A DNA stretch of 64,000 nt from Kiritimatiellia bacterium. Its GTDB lineage: Bacteria > Verrucomicrobiota > Kiritimatiellia > UBA8416 > JABMPJ01. The position numbers and the translations under genes were made by a program. This document shows positions 28,451-39,814 of this stretch, piece by piece (within the stretch, counting starts at the first letter, position 1; each line of letters opens with the position of its first letter). The stretch spans positions 1,406 through 65,405 of the forward strand of contig JADHWE010000006.1 in assembly GCA_016783675.1 (NCBI GenBank), given 5' to 3'. The notes below the pieces were generated by a model. It did no database searches. It had not been told where the DNA came from and saw nothing but the letters and a program-made list of their open reading frames with translations.

Positions 28451-28623
28451 ATCCGCCTCTCCCTTCCACAACCCCACTATACCCCCCCATATGTATCTTT
28501 GTACAAGGATTTGATCTGCGGTCTTCTATGAGGAACCGCATCCCCCGAGTCAGCACCTTCGTGTCTTAGAGCCCTTCTGGCTGCATTCTCCCCTTCCCGG
28601 GCTTGCCTTTGACGGCAGTTTGA

Positions 28624-29934
<1,311 letters not shown>

Positions 29935-30037
29935 AGGCTAGGTTACAGGTGGTAGGTGATAGGCAGATGGACCTGCCTGCCCGCCGTAGCCTTGGCGAAG
30001 GCGGGACACCTGACATCTGATACGGGGGGAAGAGCGT

Positions 30038-30355
30038 GTGAATGGATGGGCAGCAGTATACCGGTCCGCCTGGGTGGTGTTGTTCATCCTCTTCACGATC
30101 GGCTTGGTCTGTATCTTCCTGCCGCGCTGCCACCACCTGCGCCAGCTCCAGCAGCGCAAGGCTGAGCTGCAGGCGGAGAACCGTGAGACCGAAGCCATGA
30201 CCCGCGCCCTGCAGGCCAAGCAGAAGCGCTTCAGCACTGACCCCGCCTATGTCGAGCGTGTGGCCCGGGAGACCGGCATGGTCAAGCCCGACGAAGTCGT
30301 CTTCCAGTACACCAACGCCCCCGGCCAACTACAGCCGCAAAGGAGAACCCCATGA
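30038..30355 (+). CDS. ftsB: septum formation initiator FtsB/DivIC-like protein
   Basis: Single TM segment followed by a coiled coil and ...DPAYVERVARETGMVKPDEVVFQ. It sits immediately downstream of eno, which is the conserved eno-ftsB arrangement. Confidence 0.7.
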   Translation: MNGWAAVYRSAWVVLFILFTIGLVCIFLPRCHHLRQLQQRKAELQAENRETEAMTRALQAKQKRFSTDPAYVERVARETGMVKPDEVVFQYTNAPGQLQPQRRTP

Positions 30356-31077
30356 AATGCATCCGCCTGTTTCTCGTTGCTGCATTCGCGCTGTCCTCTG
30401 CCGGGTGCATCAAGTTCTCCAAAACCTTAACGTTGAACGATGATGGCTCGGGAGTCATCGACATCACCTACACGCTCCCCGAAGAGACCGTCACGCAGAT
30501 CTCCGGAATGATGAAGCTGGCCGACGAGCTGGCCGATGCCGCCGGGGAGCCGCCTCCTGGCGACTCGCACGGTTACCTCGAGCTACTGCTCAACCCGTCG
30601 GAGAACCGGATCAAGCGCAAGGTTGACAGCTACAAGATCGATGGCCTGGTCTTGAAAAAGGTAAAGGTCGAGTCACGCGATGGAAGCCGCCAGGTTGAGT
30701 TGCAGCTCACCTTCAAACGCATCACCGACCTCGCCCAGACCGACTTCTTCACCGACCAGGGATTCACACTCTCACGCGTGCAGGGCGGAAACTACCGACT
30801 TGAGCGCAAGGGCACGCCGGTATCCAGCTCTCCGCCGGTTGACATGGAGGATCCGCAGATCGCGCGACTACTGACGCCCGTGCTTGGCGGGTTCGATGCG
30901 ACAATCGGCGTCAAGACGCCCGGCCGCATCCTCCAGGCCAACACGACGCGTCGGTCACTGAGGCAAGCCGTGTGGAACTTTGAGTTCAACCGTGACGCAG
31001 AGGATTTCCGCGCGTTCTACACCAAGGATCTTATCGTGATCTTTGAAGGAGCGGGACTCTCGCTCCCCGCCGAGTAA
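30352..31077 (+). CDS. hypothetical lipoprotein
   Basis: Signal peptide with lipobox LSSAGC. ATGA overlap with the ftsB stop, and an AGGAGAA Shine-Dalgarno upstream. Confidence 0.5.
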   Translation: MKCIRLFLVAAFALSSAGCIKFSKTLTLNDDGSGVIDITYTLPEETVTQISGMMKLADELADAAGEPPPGDSHGYLELLLNPSENRIKRKVDSYKIDGLVLKKVKVESRDGSRQVELQLTFKRITDLAQTDFFTDQGFTLSRVQGGNYRLERKGTPVSSSPPVDMEDPQIARLLTPVLGGFDATIGVKTPGRILQANTTRRSLRQAVWNFEFNRDAEDFRAFYTKDLIVIFEGAGLSLPAE

Positions 31078-31079
31078 CG

Positions 31080-31328
31080 TTAGTACAGCTTCTCGTACTC
31101 GCCTTTTGAGACCTTCTTGAGCTTGTGGAATCCCGCGGACCTGGCGCGATCGTCCGCCCCGCTCTCGGAGGCACCCACGTTCGGCGCTGAGATCAGCTTG
31201 GCAACAGGGGCTTCACACTCGGGACATCGCTCCAGCACGTCCATGCTCTTGTGGAAGTGCTCAAACCCCTTACGACAGAGCTCGCACCCCCGCGCTCCAT
31301 CCGCAACCTGGTATTCGTAGATCGGCAT
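31080..31328 (-). CDS. FmdB-family zinc-ribbon protein
   Basis: MPIYEYQ...CELC...CPEC motif. Start taken at Met 31328; the upstream extension in the track is rejected. Confidence 0.75.
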   Translation of the reverse strand: MPIYEYQVADGARGCELCRKGFEHFHKSMDVLERCPECEAPVAKLISAPNVGASESGADDRARSAGFHKLKKVSKGEYEKLY

Positions 31329-31440
31329 ATCCAGCCCAACTCTCTCCCACATCCAACTAACCAAAGCGGAGGTCCAGGGGGAGGTCACGCAGGCCTTAGC
31401 GGTTCGGTATTCCGAACCGGTCCAGCCAAGTGGCCTTCCC

Positions 31441-32361
31441 CTAGACCGGAGCCAACACATGAAGTCCACCACTCGACACCGTCACCTCCAGGTCGCGCTC
31501 ACATTCCACGAGCTCTCCATCGATCTGGATCGGCGTCGGCTCCTCACGTGCGACCTTCATCGTCTGGAAGCTGCGAAACACCACCTCCGGGAGCTTGCTC
31601 AGCGAGCCGTCGAACAGGCGGGTGATGTTCGTTACGAGTTTCGCGATATCCTGGCGTAGCGCCACGACCAGCTCCAACCGCCCGTCATCCGGGCGCGCAT
31701 GTGGCGCAATCCGGGCGCCGCCACCAAACTGGGTCAGGTTGGCCACCGTGAAGACCAGCGCATTGTCAAACGAGAGTGTCTCTTCACCGTCCAAAACGAC
31801 GGCCATCGGCTGCGGGCGATACTCGAAGAACTCCTCGACCCCGGCGAAGACGTAAGGAAGGATGCCGCGCACGGGCAACCGTTCGAAACCGCTCACGATT
31901 GAAGCGTCCCACGCCATGCTGCAGGTTACAAAAAAGGGCCTGCCGTTCACATGCCCCACGTCAATCGCCTGCCGCTCCGCCGTGGCGAGCTGCGCAATGG
32001 CCTTCTCGGGAGAGAGCGAAATACCGAAATGACGCGCAAAACCATTCCCACTACCAACCGGCACCACCCCGAGGGATACGTCGGTATCCACCAGCTCGCG
32101 TCCGATCGTGCTCAGCGTTCCGTCGCCGCCCACCACGATGACGGTATCCACGCCATCCTCTACGCAGGCGTGCGCCTTCTGCACACCGTCTTCAACCGAC
32201 TGCGTGAACTGGTACTTGAGGTCGACCTCGGGAAGTGCTTCCCAGTTGGCGTCAAAGGCACGGCGCATCGCGTCAAACGACCACATCAACCCCGACTTGG
32301 GATTGACCAACACGACCACACGTCTTGGGGTTAATTCAGACACACCTGCACCATAGCTCAT
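31441..32361 (-). CDS. diacylglycerol/lipid kinase (YegS/DAGK catalytic family)
   Basis: VVVLVNPKSG, VIVVGGDGTLS, PVGSGNGFA. Confidence 0.75.
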   Translation of the reverse strand: MSYGAGVSELTPRRVVVLVNPKSGLMWSFDAMRRAFDANWEALPEVDLKYQFTQSVEDGVQKAHACVEDGVDTVIVVGGDGTLSTIGRELVDTDVSLGVVPVGSGNGFARHFGISLSPEKAIAQLATAERQAIDVGHVNGRPFFVTCSMAWDASIVSGFERLPVRGILPYVFAGVEEFFEYRPQPMAVVLDGEETLSFDNALVFTVANLTQFGGGARIAPHARPDDGRLELVVALRQDIAKLVTNITRLFDGSLSKLPEVVFRSFQTMKVAREEPTPIQIDGELVECERDLEVTVSSGGLHVLAPV

Positions 32362-32406
32362 GCACCGGTGCCCTGCAACCGAAGTAATCTGCGCGGTGAA
32401 GTTAGG

Positions 32407-32745
32407 TCAGTCCTGGTGGAAGACCTCTTCCATGTCGGCCCACCATGCGCCTTCGGCGCGGTCGGGTAACGGCTCCTGGCAAGGCATGCACTCATCCCAC
32501 CACTTCTGCGTGGTCGGATCGGCTGCCATCTTGGCCCCGTCGGCCTCGAAATCCTCGCCGGTATACTCGAAGTAACTGAAGAGGTAGTGCTTACCGTCCG
32601 GCAGCTTGCGGAGATAGATCGAGTAGTTCTCGATATGGCACTCCTTAATCATCGCCAGCACATCCGGCCACACCGCGGCATGTAGTTCCTTGTAGTACGG
32701 AATCTTCTCTTCCTTGACGCCCAATACCATTCCATAACGCTTCAT
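32407..32745 (-). CDS. rhaM: L-rhamnose mutarotase
   Basis: MKRYGMVLGVKEEKIPYYKELHAAVWPDV...NYSIYLR...YLFSYFEY. The 112-aa length is typical of RhaM/RhaU. Confidence 0.85.
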   Translation of the reverse strand: MKRYGMVLGVKEEKIPYYKELHAAVWPDVLAMIKECHIENYSIYLRKLPDGKHYLFSYFEYTGEDFEADGAKMAADPTTQKWWDECMPCQEPLPDRAEGAWWADMEEVFHQD

Positions 32746-32794
32746 GCTTCGCTATCTCCCACTGAACACTGAATACTTCTCTTTGCCCCACTCC

Positions 32795-35047
32795 CTACCA
32801 CTGCGCCGGCATGTAGTTGGCCACATCCGACTGCGTGATAATGTGCTTCTTGAGGTAGTTGACGGGCGCAAGCTTCTCGCCACTGAACCAGCGCGCAGCG
32901 GTATGGATCGCGGTGGCGCCGTCGCCTTCGGCCGACTGGTAGCTGCAGGCCAGGGCATCACCGATCTTGATCGAGTCCATACCGGTCTTGCTGTTTCCGG
33001 CGGCTACGATGACCAAATCCCGGCGACCGGCTTTCTTCACGGCTTCCAGCGCACCGGTCATGGAGAAGCCATCCCCGGGAAGGATAAGACCTTTGAGCTC
33101 ATCGCCATACTTGGTCAGCCATGCCGACACGAGCTGCATGGTGCCTTCCGCTTCCAAGTTGGCCGTATCCATGGCGAGCATCTTCATGTCGGGCGCACAG
33201 GCAACCAGTTCACTGATCGGAGCATACGTGCGAGAGAAGAACGGTGAACTACCGGGCATATGGCGCACGATCGCATATCCGCCTGTCTTGCCCATCTTGT
33301 CCGCAAATACGCGCGCCAGCATCCTGAATTGCCCCCAGTCATCCGGACCGGTCCACGCCAGGCAGTACTTCATGGCCTCGTCACAGGGAATCGTGTTGGA
33401 CGCAATGACCGGGACGCCGGCCTTGTTGAGCCGGCGCAGCAGCGGGGTGCACCCCGTCGAGTCCACCGGCGCAAAGATCACCATATCGGGCCGCTCATTG
33501 ATCGCTTGCTCGGTCTGCTGGGCCTGCAGATCCAGGTTCCAGTTTCCGTTGAAGACCTTGGTCTCCATGCCATGCGCCTCCGCAATCTTCTTGAACCCAT
33601 TGAGGTAGGCCGTCCAGTAGGGATGATCCCCCGCTTTCAACAACACCACTCGCTTGCCCTGCGGACCATCACCGGGCGAGTTCGGCATCGGCGCTTTCTC
33701 GACATCCCATCCCGCATACTCGAGGTCCCACCAATGCCCCGCGTCGGTCTCCGGCAGCGCCGCAGGGTCCGCTGGTCGTGGAGGAATGACAGGCGTCTTC
33801 AGGTTCCGCATAACATACGGCTGCCCATCGGTACCTCGCAGGGCGTAGACGTCGACCTCACCGCTGTCCGTCTCGGAGGGCGCGACCGCAGCCGGCTGCA
33901 TCATCACTGATGAGCGGGCGCTGTGATGGAAGTACATGGCAGCGATGGCCACAATGCCAACCACGGCAACGATGGTCAGGCATATCAACGGAAGTCTGTC
34001 TTTTGAATGCATCTCGTCTCCTTCTTCATCCTCAACGGCTGGACTGAGGCGCCCCTCCGCAATTTCCTTCAGCAAGTCAGGTCGCTGCCCCTTCAACAAG
34101 TCATGGCGGTAGATCGCATAGGCCTCGTAGAGCACCACCAGGGCAAGGATCACACCGTTGACAAAAATCTGGACCTCAAACCCGTAGCCCAGGCACCCGA
34201 TGCCGTTGAAGAGGGCCGTCAGCATCAGGACGGAGAAATAGCTCTTCAGCACGCTGCCCTTACCACCCGTCATAAGCGTCCCGCCGATGATCACGGATGC
34301 AATCACCGTCATCAGCGTCCGCGTCCCCAGCACGGCGGCTGACGTCATGGAACTCAGGCCGGCAGCAAACAGTGTCCCGGCCAATCCCGCACAGAGGCTG
34401 CACAGCACAAACCCCACCAACTGGTAGCGGTCGCGATTCAGGCCGGCCAGCCATGCGGTTTCCGGGTTCCCGCCTACCATCAAGAGGTTTCGCCCCGCCC
34501 GCATCCGGCGCAAGACGAGTTCCGCACCACCGACCAGGCCCAGCGTGATGATCACGATCGGTGGCAGTAGCGGCAGCAATGGTGTTTCCAGCCAGTCGGC
34601 AAAACGAAAATCGACGATCGCCTTGGATCCGCCGGCGCTGTAGAGGTACATCAACCCCATGGTGACGGTCATCGTGCCCAGCGTTACGATGAAGGCATTG
34701 ATCTTAGCCTTAACAACAAGCAGTCCGTTGACCACCCCCACCCCGGCTGCGGCCAGCAGTGACACCGCAATGCATCCGCCCCAGCCCAGCGCCGGCTGCA
34801 GCCCGATGGTCAACATGCCGCTCAGCATCACCACCGCACCGATCGACAGGTCGAGTTGCCCCAGTATGAAGATGAGCGTAAACCCGATGGCGGCAATCCC
34901 GTTCAGGGAGGCGCCCTTCAGAATAGCCGTCGCATTGTGCAGCGACAGGAAGTTCGGCGCGACCAGCGACATGAACCCGAAAAGCGCGACCAGCATGATC
35001 AGCGCCCGGTTTTCGTTCAGCCAACGTGTTGTTCTTTGTGGCGTCAC
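32795..35047 (-). CDS. CUT2 sugar ABC transporter permease fused to a periplasmic sugar-binding domain
   Basis: Residues 1-~320 form an RbsC/AraH-type permease. An extra TM segment (LPLICLTIVAVVGIVAIAAMYF) follows. Residues ~440-750 are a Peripla_BP-type binding domain (KRVVLLKAGDHPYW...VIASNT...VIVAAGNS). The frame is continuous, but an internal AAGGAG-N5-ATG occurs at 34012. Confidence 0.75.
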   Translation of the reverse strand: MTPQRTTRWLNENRALIMLVALFGFMSLVAPNFLSLHNATAILKGASLNGIAAIGFTLIFILGQLDLSIGAVVMLSGMLTIGLQPALGWGGCIAVSLLAAAGVGVVNGLLVVKAKINAFIVTLGTMTVTMGLMYLYSAGGSKAIVDFRFADWLETPLLPLLPPIVIITLGLVGGAELVLRRMRAGRNLLMVGGNPETAWLAGLNRDRYQLVGFVLCSLCAGLAGTLFAAGLSSMTSAAVLGTRTLMTVIASVIIGGTLMTGGKGSVLKSYFSVLMLTALFNGIGCLGYGFEVQIFVNGVILALVVLYEAYAIYRHDLLKGQRPDLLKEIAEGRLSPAVEDEEGDEMHSKDRLPLICLTIVAVVGIVAIAAMYFHHSARSSVMMQPAAVAPSETDSGEVDVYALRGTDGQPYVMRNLKTPVIPPRPADPAALPETDAGHWWDLEYAGWDVEKAPMPNSPGDGPQGKRVVLLKAGDHPYWTAYLNGFKKIAEAHGMETKVFNGNWNLDLQAQQTEQAINERPDMVIFAPVDSTGCTPLLRRLNKAGVPVIASNTIPCDEAMKYCLAWTGPDDWGQFRMLARVFADKMGKTGGYAIVRHMPGSSPFFSRTYAPISELVACAPDMKMLAMDTANLEAEGTMQLVSAWLTKYGDELKGLILPGDGFSMTGALEAVKKAGRRDLVIVAAGNSKTGMDSIKIGDALACSYQSAEGDGATAIHTAARWFSGEKLAPVNYLKKHIITQSDVANYMPAQW

Positions 35048-36005
35048 TCGCTGCTCCTTCCGCCGGCACGGAGCCTGTACTGCTGGAGACCAACGACCAC
35101 GATAAAGACTATGCCTGTCACAATGTTCTGCCGGAATGAGGTGATACCCATGAACGTCATGATATTCGTCAGTAAGCCAATCACCAGCACGCCGCCCAGG
35201 ACACCCAGCATGTTGCCCCGTCCCCCGCTGAGCATGACGCCGCCGATGACCACAGCCGTTACCGCTTTGAAGTCATATCCCTGACCGAGGTAGAACACGC
35301 CCAGTTTGTTCATGGAGGTAATCAGAACACCGGCAACCGATGCGGCGAAAGCAGCCACCAGGAAGTTCAGCATGACAACGCGCGGGACATGGATGCCCGA
35401 GGTCACGGCGGCGGCGCGCGAGGAGCCGACGAAACGCGTCTCCCGACCGAAACGCGTCTTCGTCATCACCAGCTGGCCCAGTCCAAGCATCAGAAGCATG
35501 ACAACTACTACCAGCGGCAGTGGGCCAATATCGGTTCTGAAGATTCCAATGAACGCGGCACCTGCCGAACCAGGCGCGATGTCCGGATAGACCTGGTTAT
35601 TGCTCCAGGTAAAGCGCATGAATCCTTCCATGAAGAATGCCACGGCCAGGGTCCACAGAATAGGGTTCGCCCGGAAGCGCCCGATAACGAATCCATTCAT
35701 GGCGCCGATGCTCATCCCTGCCAGCACGCCGCACACCAGCGCGGGCAACAGGCCCAACGATAGCGTGGCCACAGTGATAATCCCCGAGAAAGCCATGACC
35801 GATGGAAGCGACAGATCCGCCATGTGCCCCGAGTAGGTGACAAAGGCCATACCCGAGGCCACGACCCCCAAAAGGGCAACAGCGTTGAGAATCGTCAGCA
35901 TATTCTCTGCTGTCAGGAAGTCGGCCGACACCACCCGCCCAACCACGAGGAGCAGCACTGCCACGCCGTAGATGCCCAGAGTTCCCATGTGCGACAGGAG
36001 TTTCT

Positions 36006-36009
<4 letters not shown>
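35044..36009 (-). CDS. CUT2 sugar ABC transporter permease
   Basis: RbsC/AraH-type multi-TM protein of 321 aa. Four-nt overlaps with both neighbouring genes. Confidence 0.85.
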
Positions 36010-37496
<1,487 letters not shown>

Positions 37497-37527
37497 GCGC
37501 AAGGCGATGCCGATATCGTTCAAACTG

Positions 37528-38727
37528 CTAGATCCTCTCGTCGTAATCTCCAAGGTCGAGAGGGTATATACCATGATCGCGAACGAGTTGCACTATGTAG
37601 TCGTAGGTGTGACCGGAGACATCCGTGGCAACGGAATGGTCCGACTGGAAGATGTAGCCGCCACCCTTGGCCGCATTGAGCTTGCGCAGGACCTCACGTT
37701 TGAGCTCGTCACGGTCGCCGCGCTCCCATACCCGGATATCACTGTTACCGCAAATGCCGAGACGCTGACCGTACTGCTTGCGCAAGTCCACTGCATCCAT
37801 ATCGGCCTTGGCCTCAAGCGGGTTGTAGCCATCGATCCCGATCTCGATGTAGTCCTCGAGCAGCTTGTGTACACAGCCGCAGCCGTGATAGATGACCGGC
37901 AGTCCACGCGAATGCGCTTCGGCGGCAATCGCCTTGACCCACGGTTTGAAATACGCGCGCCAGTAGTCGGGCGAGAAGAAGGGACCATTGCGATAGGCCA
38001 CATCCCCCCAGATCACGAAACCGTCCAGCAGGCCATCCGCCGCATCCATCGAAGCGGTTGCGCATTTGAGATAGAACTCACCAATGCGGTTGATCATGGC
38101 GCCCATGCGTTCGGGGTAGAGGCCCATCCATAGCATCGTGTTCTCCTGGCCGATCAGGCGGGTAAGACACTCAGCCGTGACCATCATGCTGCCGTAGACG
38201 GGAAAATCGGGCCGCAGCGATTTGACCGTATCGATCCAGGGCGGCGAGTTGCGTTCGAAGCCATCGCCTACCCCGGCAATCTGGTTGTCACCCGCCTCGA
38301 AGAAGCGGCGCGGATCATCGGGGGCATCAAACTCTGCCGCTTCCAGCTTCTCAATCGTATCGGTTTCCCACTCCGCCATCTCCGGCATGGGATAGTCGAA
38401 CTTCTTGCGCATGATGGCGCCGAAGCCGGTTTTGACGACGACCTCCTCGGGGGTCTCCTTCAATGTTTCGAAGGGACGAATCCACGGATCCATGTTGGGC
38501 ACCGTACAGATCCAATCGAGATCGTAGTGGTAATAGGGATTCGCGTCGTCCGCCAGACCAAGATCCTTGCGCCACTGCTTAATGAAACTGCCCCAGAAGA
38601 AGTCGCTGATCGGAACGCGATCCGGCTCCTCGTGGCTGAGCGTCTTATTCATACGCGCCAGCTTCTTCAGCGTATTCTCACTGCGTTCCCCGCTGCCGAC
38701 CTTACCCGTCGTTTCAAACATGCCCAT
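37528..38727 (-). CDS. uroporphyrinogen-decarboxylase (URO-D/MtaA-like) family protein
   Basis: TIM-barrel URO-D pattern ...VIYHGCGCVHKLLEDYIEIGIDGYNPLE...GGGYIFQSDHS. Start chosen at Met 38727 because GGGAGG lies 5 nt upstream. Confidence 0.7.
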   Translation of the reverse strand: MGMFETTGKVGSGERSENTLKKLARMNKTLSHEEPDRVPISDFFWGSFIKQWRKDLGLADDANPYYHYDLDWICTVPNMDPWIRPFETLKETPEEVVVKTGFGAIMRKKFDYPMPEMAEWETDTIEKLEAAEFDAPDDPRRFFEAGDNQIAGVGDGFERNSPPWIDTVKSLRPDFPVYGSMMVTAECLTRLIGQENTMLWMGLYPERMGAMINRIGEFYLKCATASMDAADGLLDGFVIWGDVAYRNGPFFSPDYWRAYFKPWVKAIAAEAHSRGLPVIYHGCGCVHKLLEDYIEIGIDGYNPLEAKADMDAVDLRKQYGQRLGICGNSDIRVWERGDRDELKREVLRKLNAAKGGGYIFQSDHSVATDVSGHTYDYIVQLVRDHGIYPLDLGDYDERI

Positions 38728-38782
38728 GATTGCCTCCCTGTTAGATCCCATCCGAACAGCCCCAACGGGGCGGCATATACCA

Positions 38783-38826
38783 ACCCAGGGCGTTGCCCTG
38801 GGCTAGTATATCAGGCCCTTTCAGGG
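38783..38826. repeat. REP-like composite palindromic unit (copy A)
   Basis: CCCAGGGC-GTT-GCCCTGGG, a 12-nt spacer containing GTATAT, then GCCCT-TTC-AGGGC. Same architecture as the copies at 52650-52842. Confidence 0.75.
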
Positions 38827-38903
38827 CAGGACCCTCCACACCCCGCACTCCACACTGTACACCCCACTTGCCAAAACCGTCCATATCCGCTAGCGTAAAT
38901 CTT

Positions 38904-39770
38904 ATGTCTGATTCCGCACACCCTCGAATCAACGCTGGAGCCTACGACCGGCCATTTTCGGGGGTGGGGATCGAGTACTTTCCGCTCGGCGTCAAGCCGG
39001 GACGTTCCGGACTGACGCTGCATGAGAGCGGGTACCAGCCGGAGAACGCCAACTGGAACTTCCCCAGTGTGTTCAGTCCGTTCTGGCGGCTCTACTACAA
39101 TAGCCAACCCGGACACTGCGTGTTGTTTGGGGAGCGTATGATTGAACTGACCCCGGATCATCTCATGCTGATCCCCGACCATGCGTTGTTCCACTGTCTT
39201 GGGCAGCAGCCAGTCCCTACGTTCTGGGTCGCATTCAGCTTCACCGGCAAACTGCACCACGACGTGTCGCTACCGGTCCTGCTGTCGCCCCGCAATACGG
39301 AGATGTGTCTCATTGAGGATCTGAAAGGGCTAATCGAGGCGGATACCGCGTGGGAGCCAACAGATGCCATCTACCGCAACAGCCTGGCGCTGCTACACGT
39401 GGTACTGGCACGTCCAGAGCTGCGCTGGCAGCCGCCCATTCCCGAATCGCTGGCGCGCATCACGCCGTATATCGAGGAGCACCTGACGGAGTCTCTACCC
39501 AACCCGCTGCTCGCAAAGCAGGCGGGCATGAGCGTGACCGGGTTCGAACGCGCCTTTAAGCGTTTCTTCGGCACAACGGCGGCCCAGTACGTCAGCGAAA
39601 TGCGGGTCCGTGAAGCCGGCCGCCGCCTGCTGCAGACCTCTGAGAGCATCGATGGCATCGCTGACGCCACCGGCTTCCCGAACCGCGCCTACTTCAGCCG
39701 GGTTTTCAAGAAGATCACCGGTGAGGCGCCTGCGGCCTTTCGTCGCAGCCATCGCGCATCACTGGTTTGA
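38904..39770 (+). CDS. AraC-family transcriptional regulator
   Basis: C-terminal double HTH (LLAKQAGMSVTGFERAFKRFFG...IDGIADATGFPNRAYFSRVFKKITGEAPAAFR) with a cupin-like N-terminus. Start taken at ATG 38904. Confidence 0.8.
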   Translation: MSDSAHPRINAGAYDRPFSGVGIEYFPLGVKPGRSGLTLHESGYQPENANWNFPSVFSPFWRLYYNSQPGHCVLFGERMIELTPDHLMLIPDHALFHCLGQQPVPTFWVAFSFTGKLHHDVSLPVLLSPRNTEMCLIEDLKGLIEADTAWEPTDAIYRNSLALLHVVLARPELRWQPPIPESLARITPYIEEHLTESLPNPLLAKQAGMSVTGFERAFKRFFGTTAAQYVSEMRVREAGRRLLQTSESIDGIADATGFPNRAYFSRVFKKITGEAPAAFRRSHRASLV

Positions 39771-39814
39771 CGAACGAACGCTCATCAAGCCTGTCGGGTT
39801 GAGTGACGCGTCGG

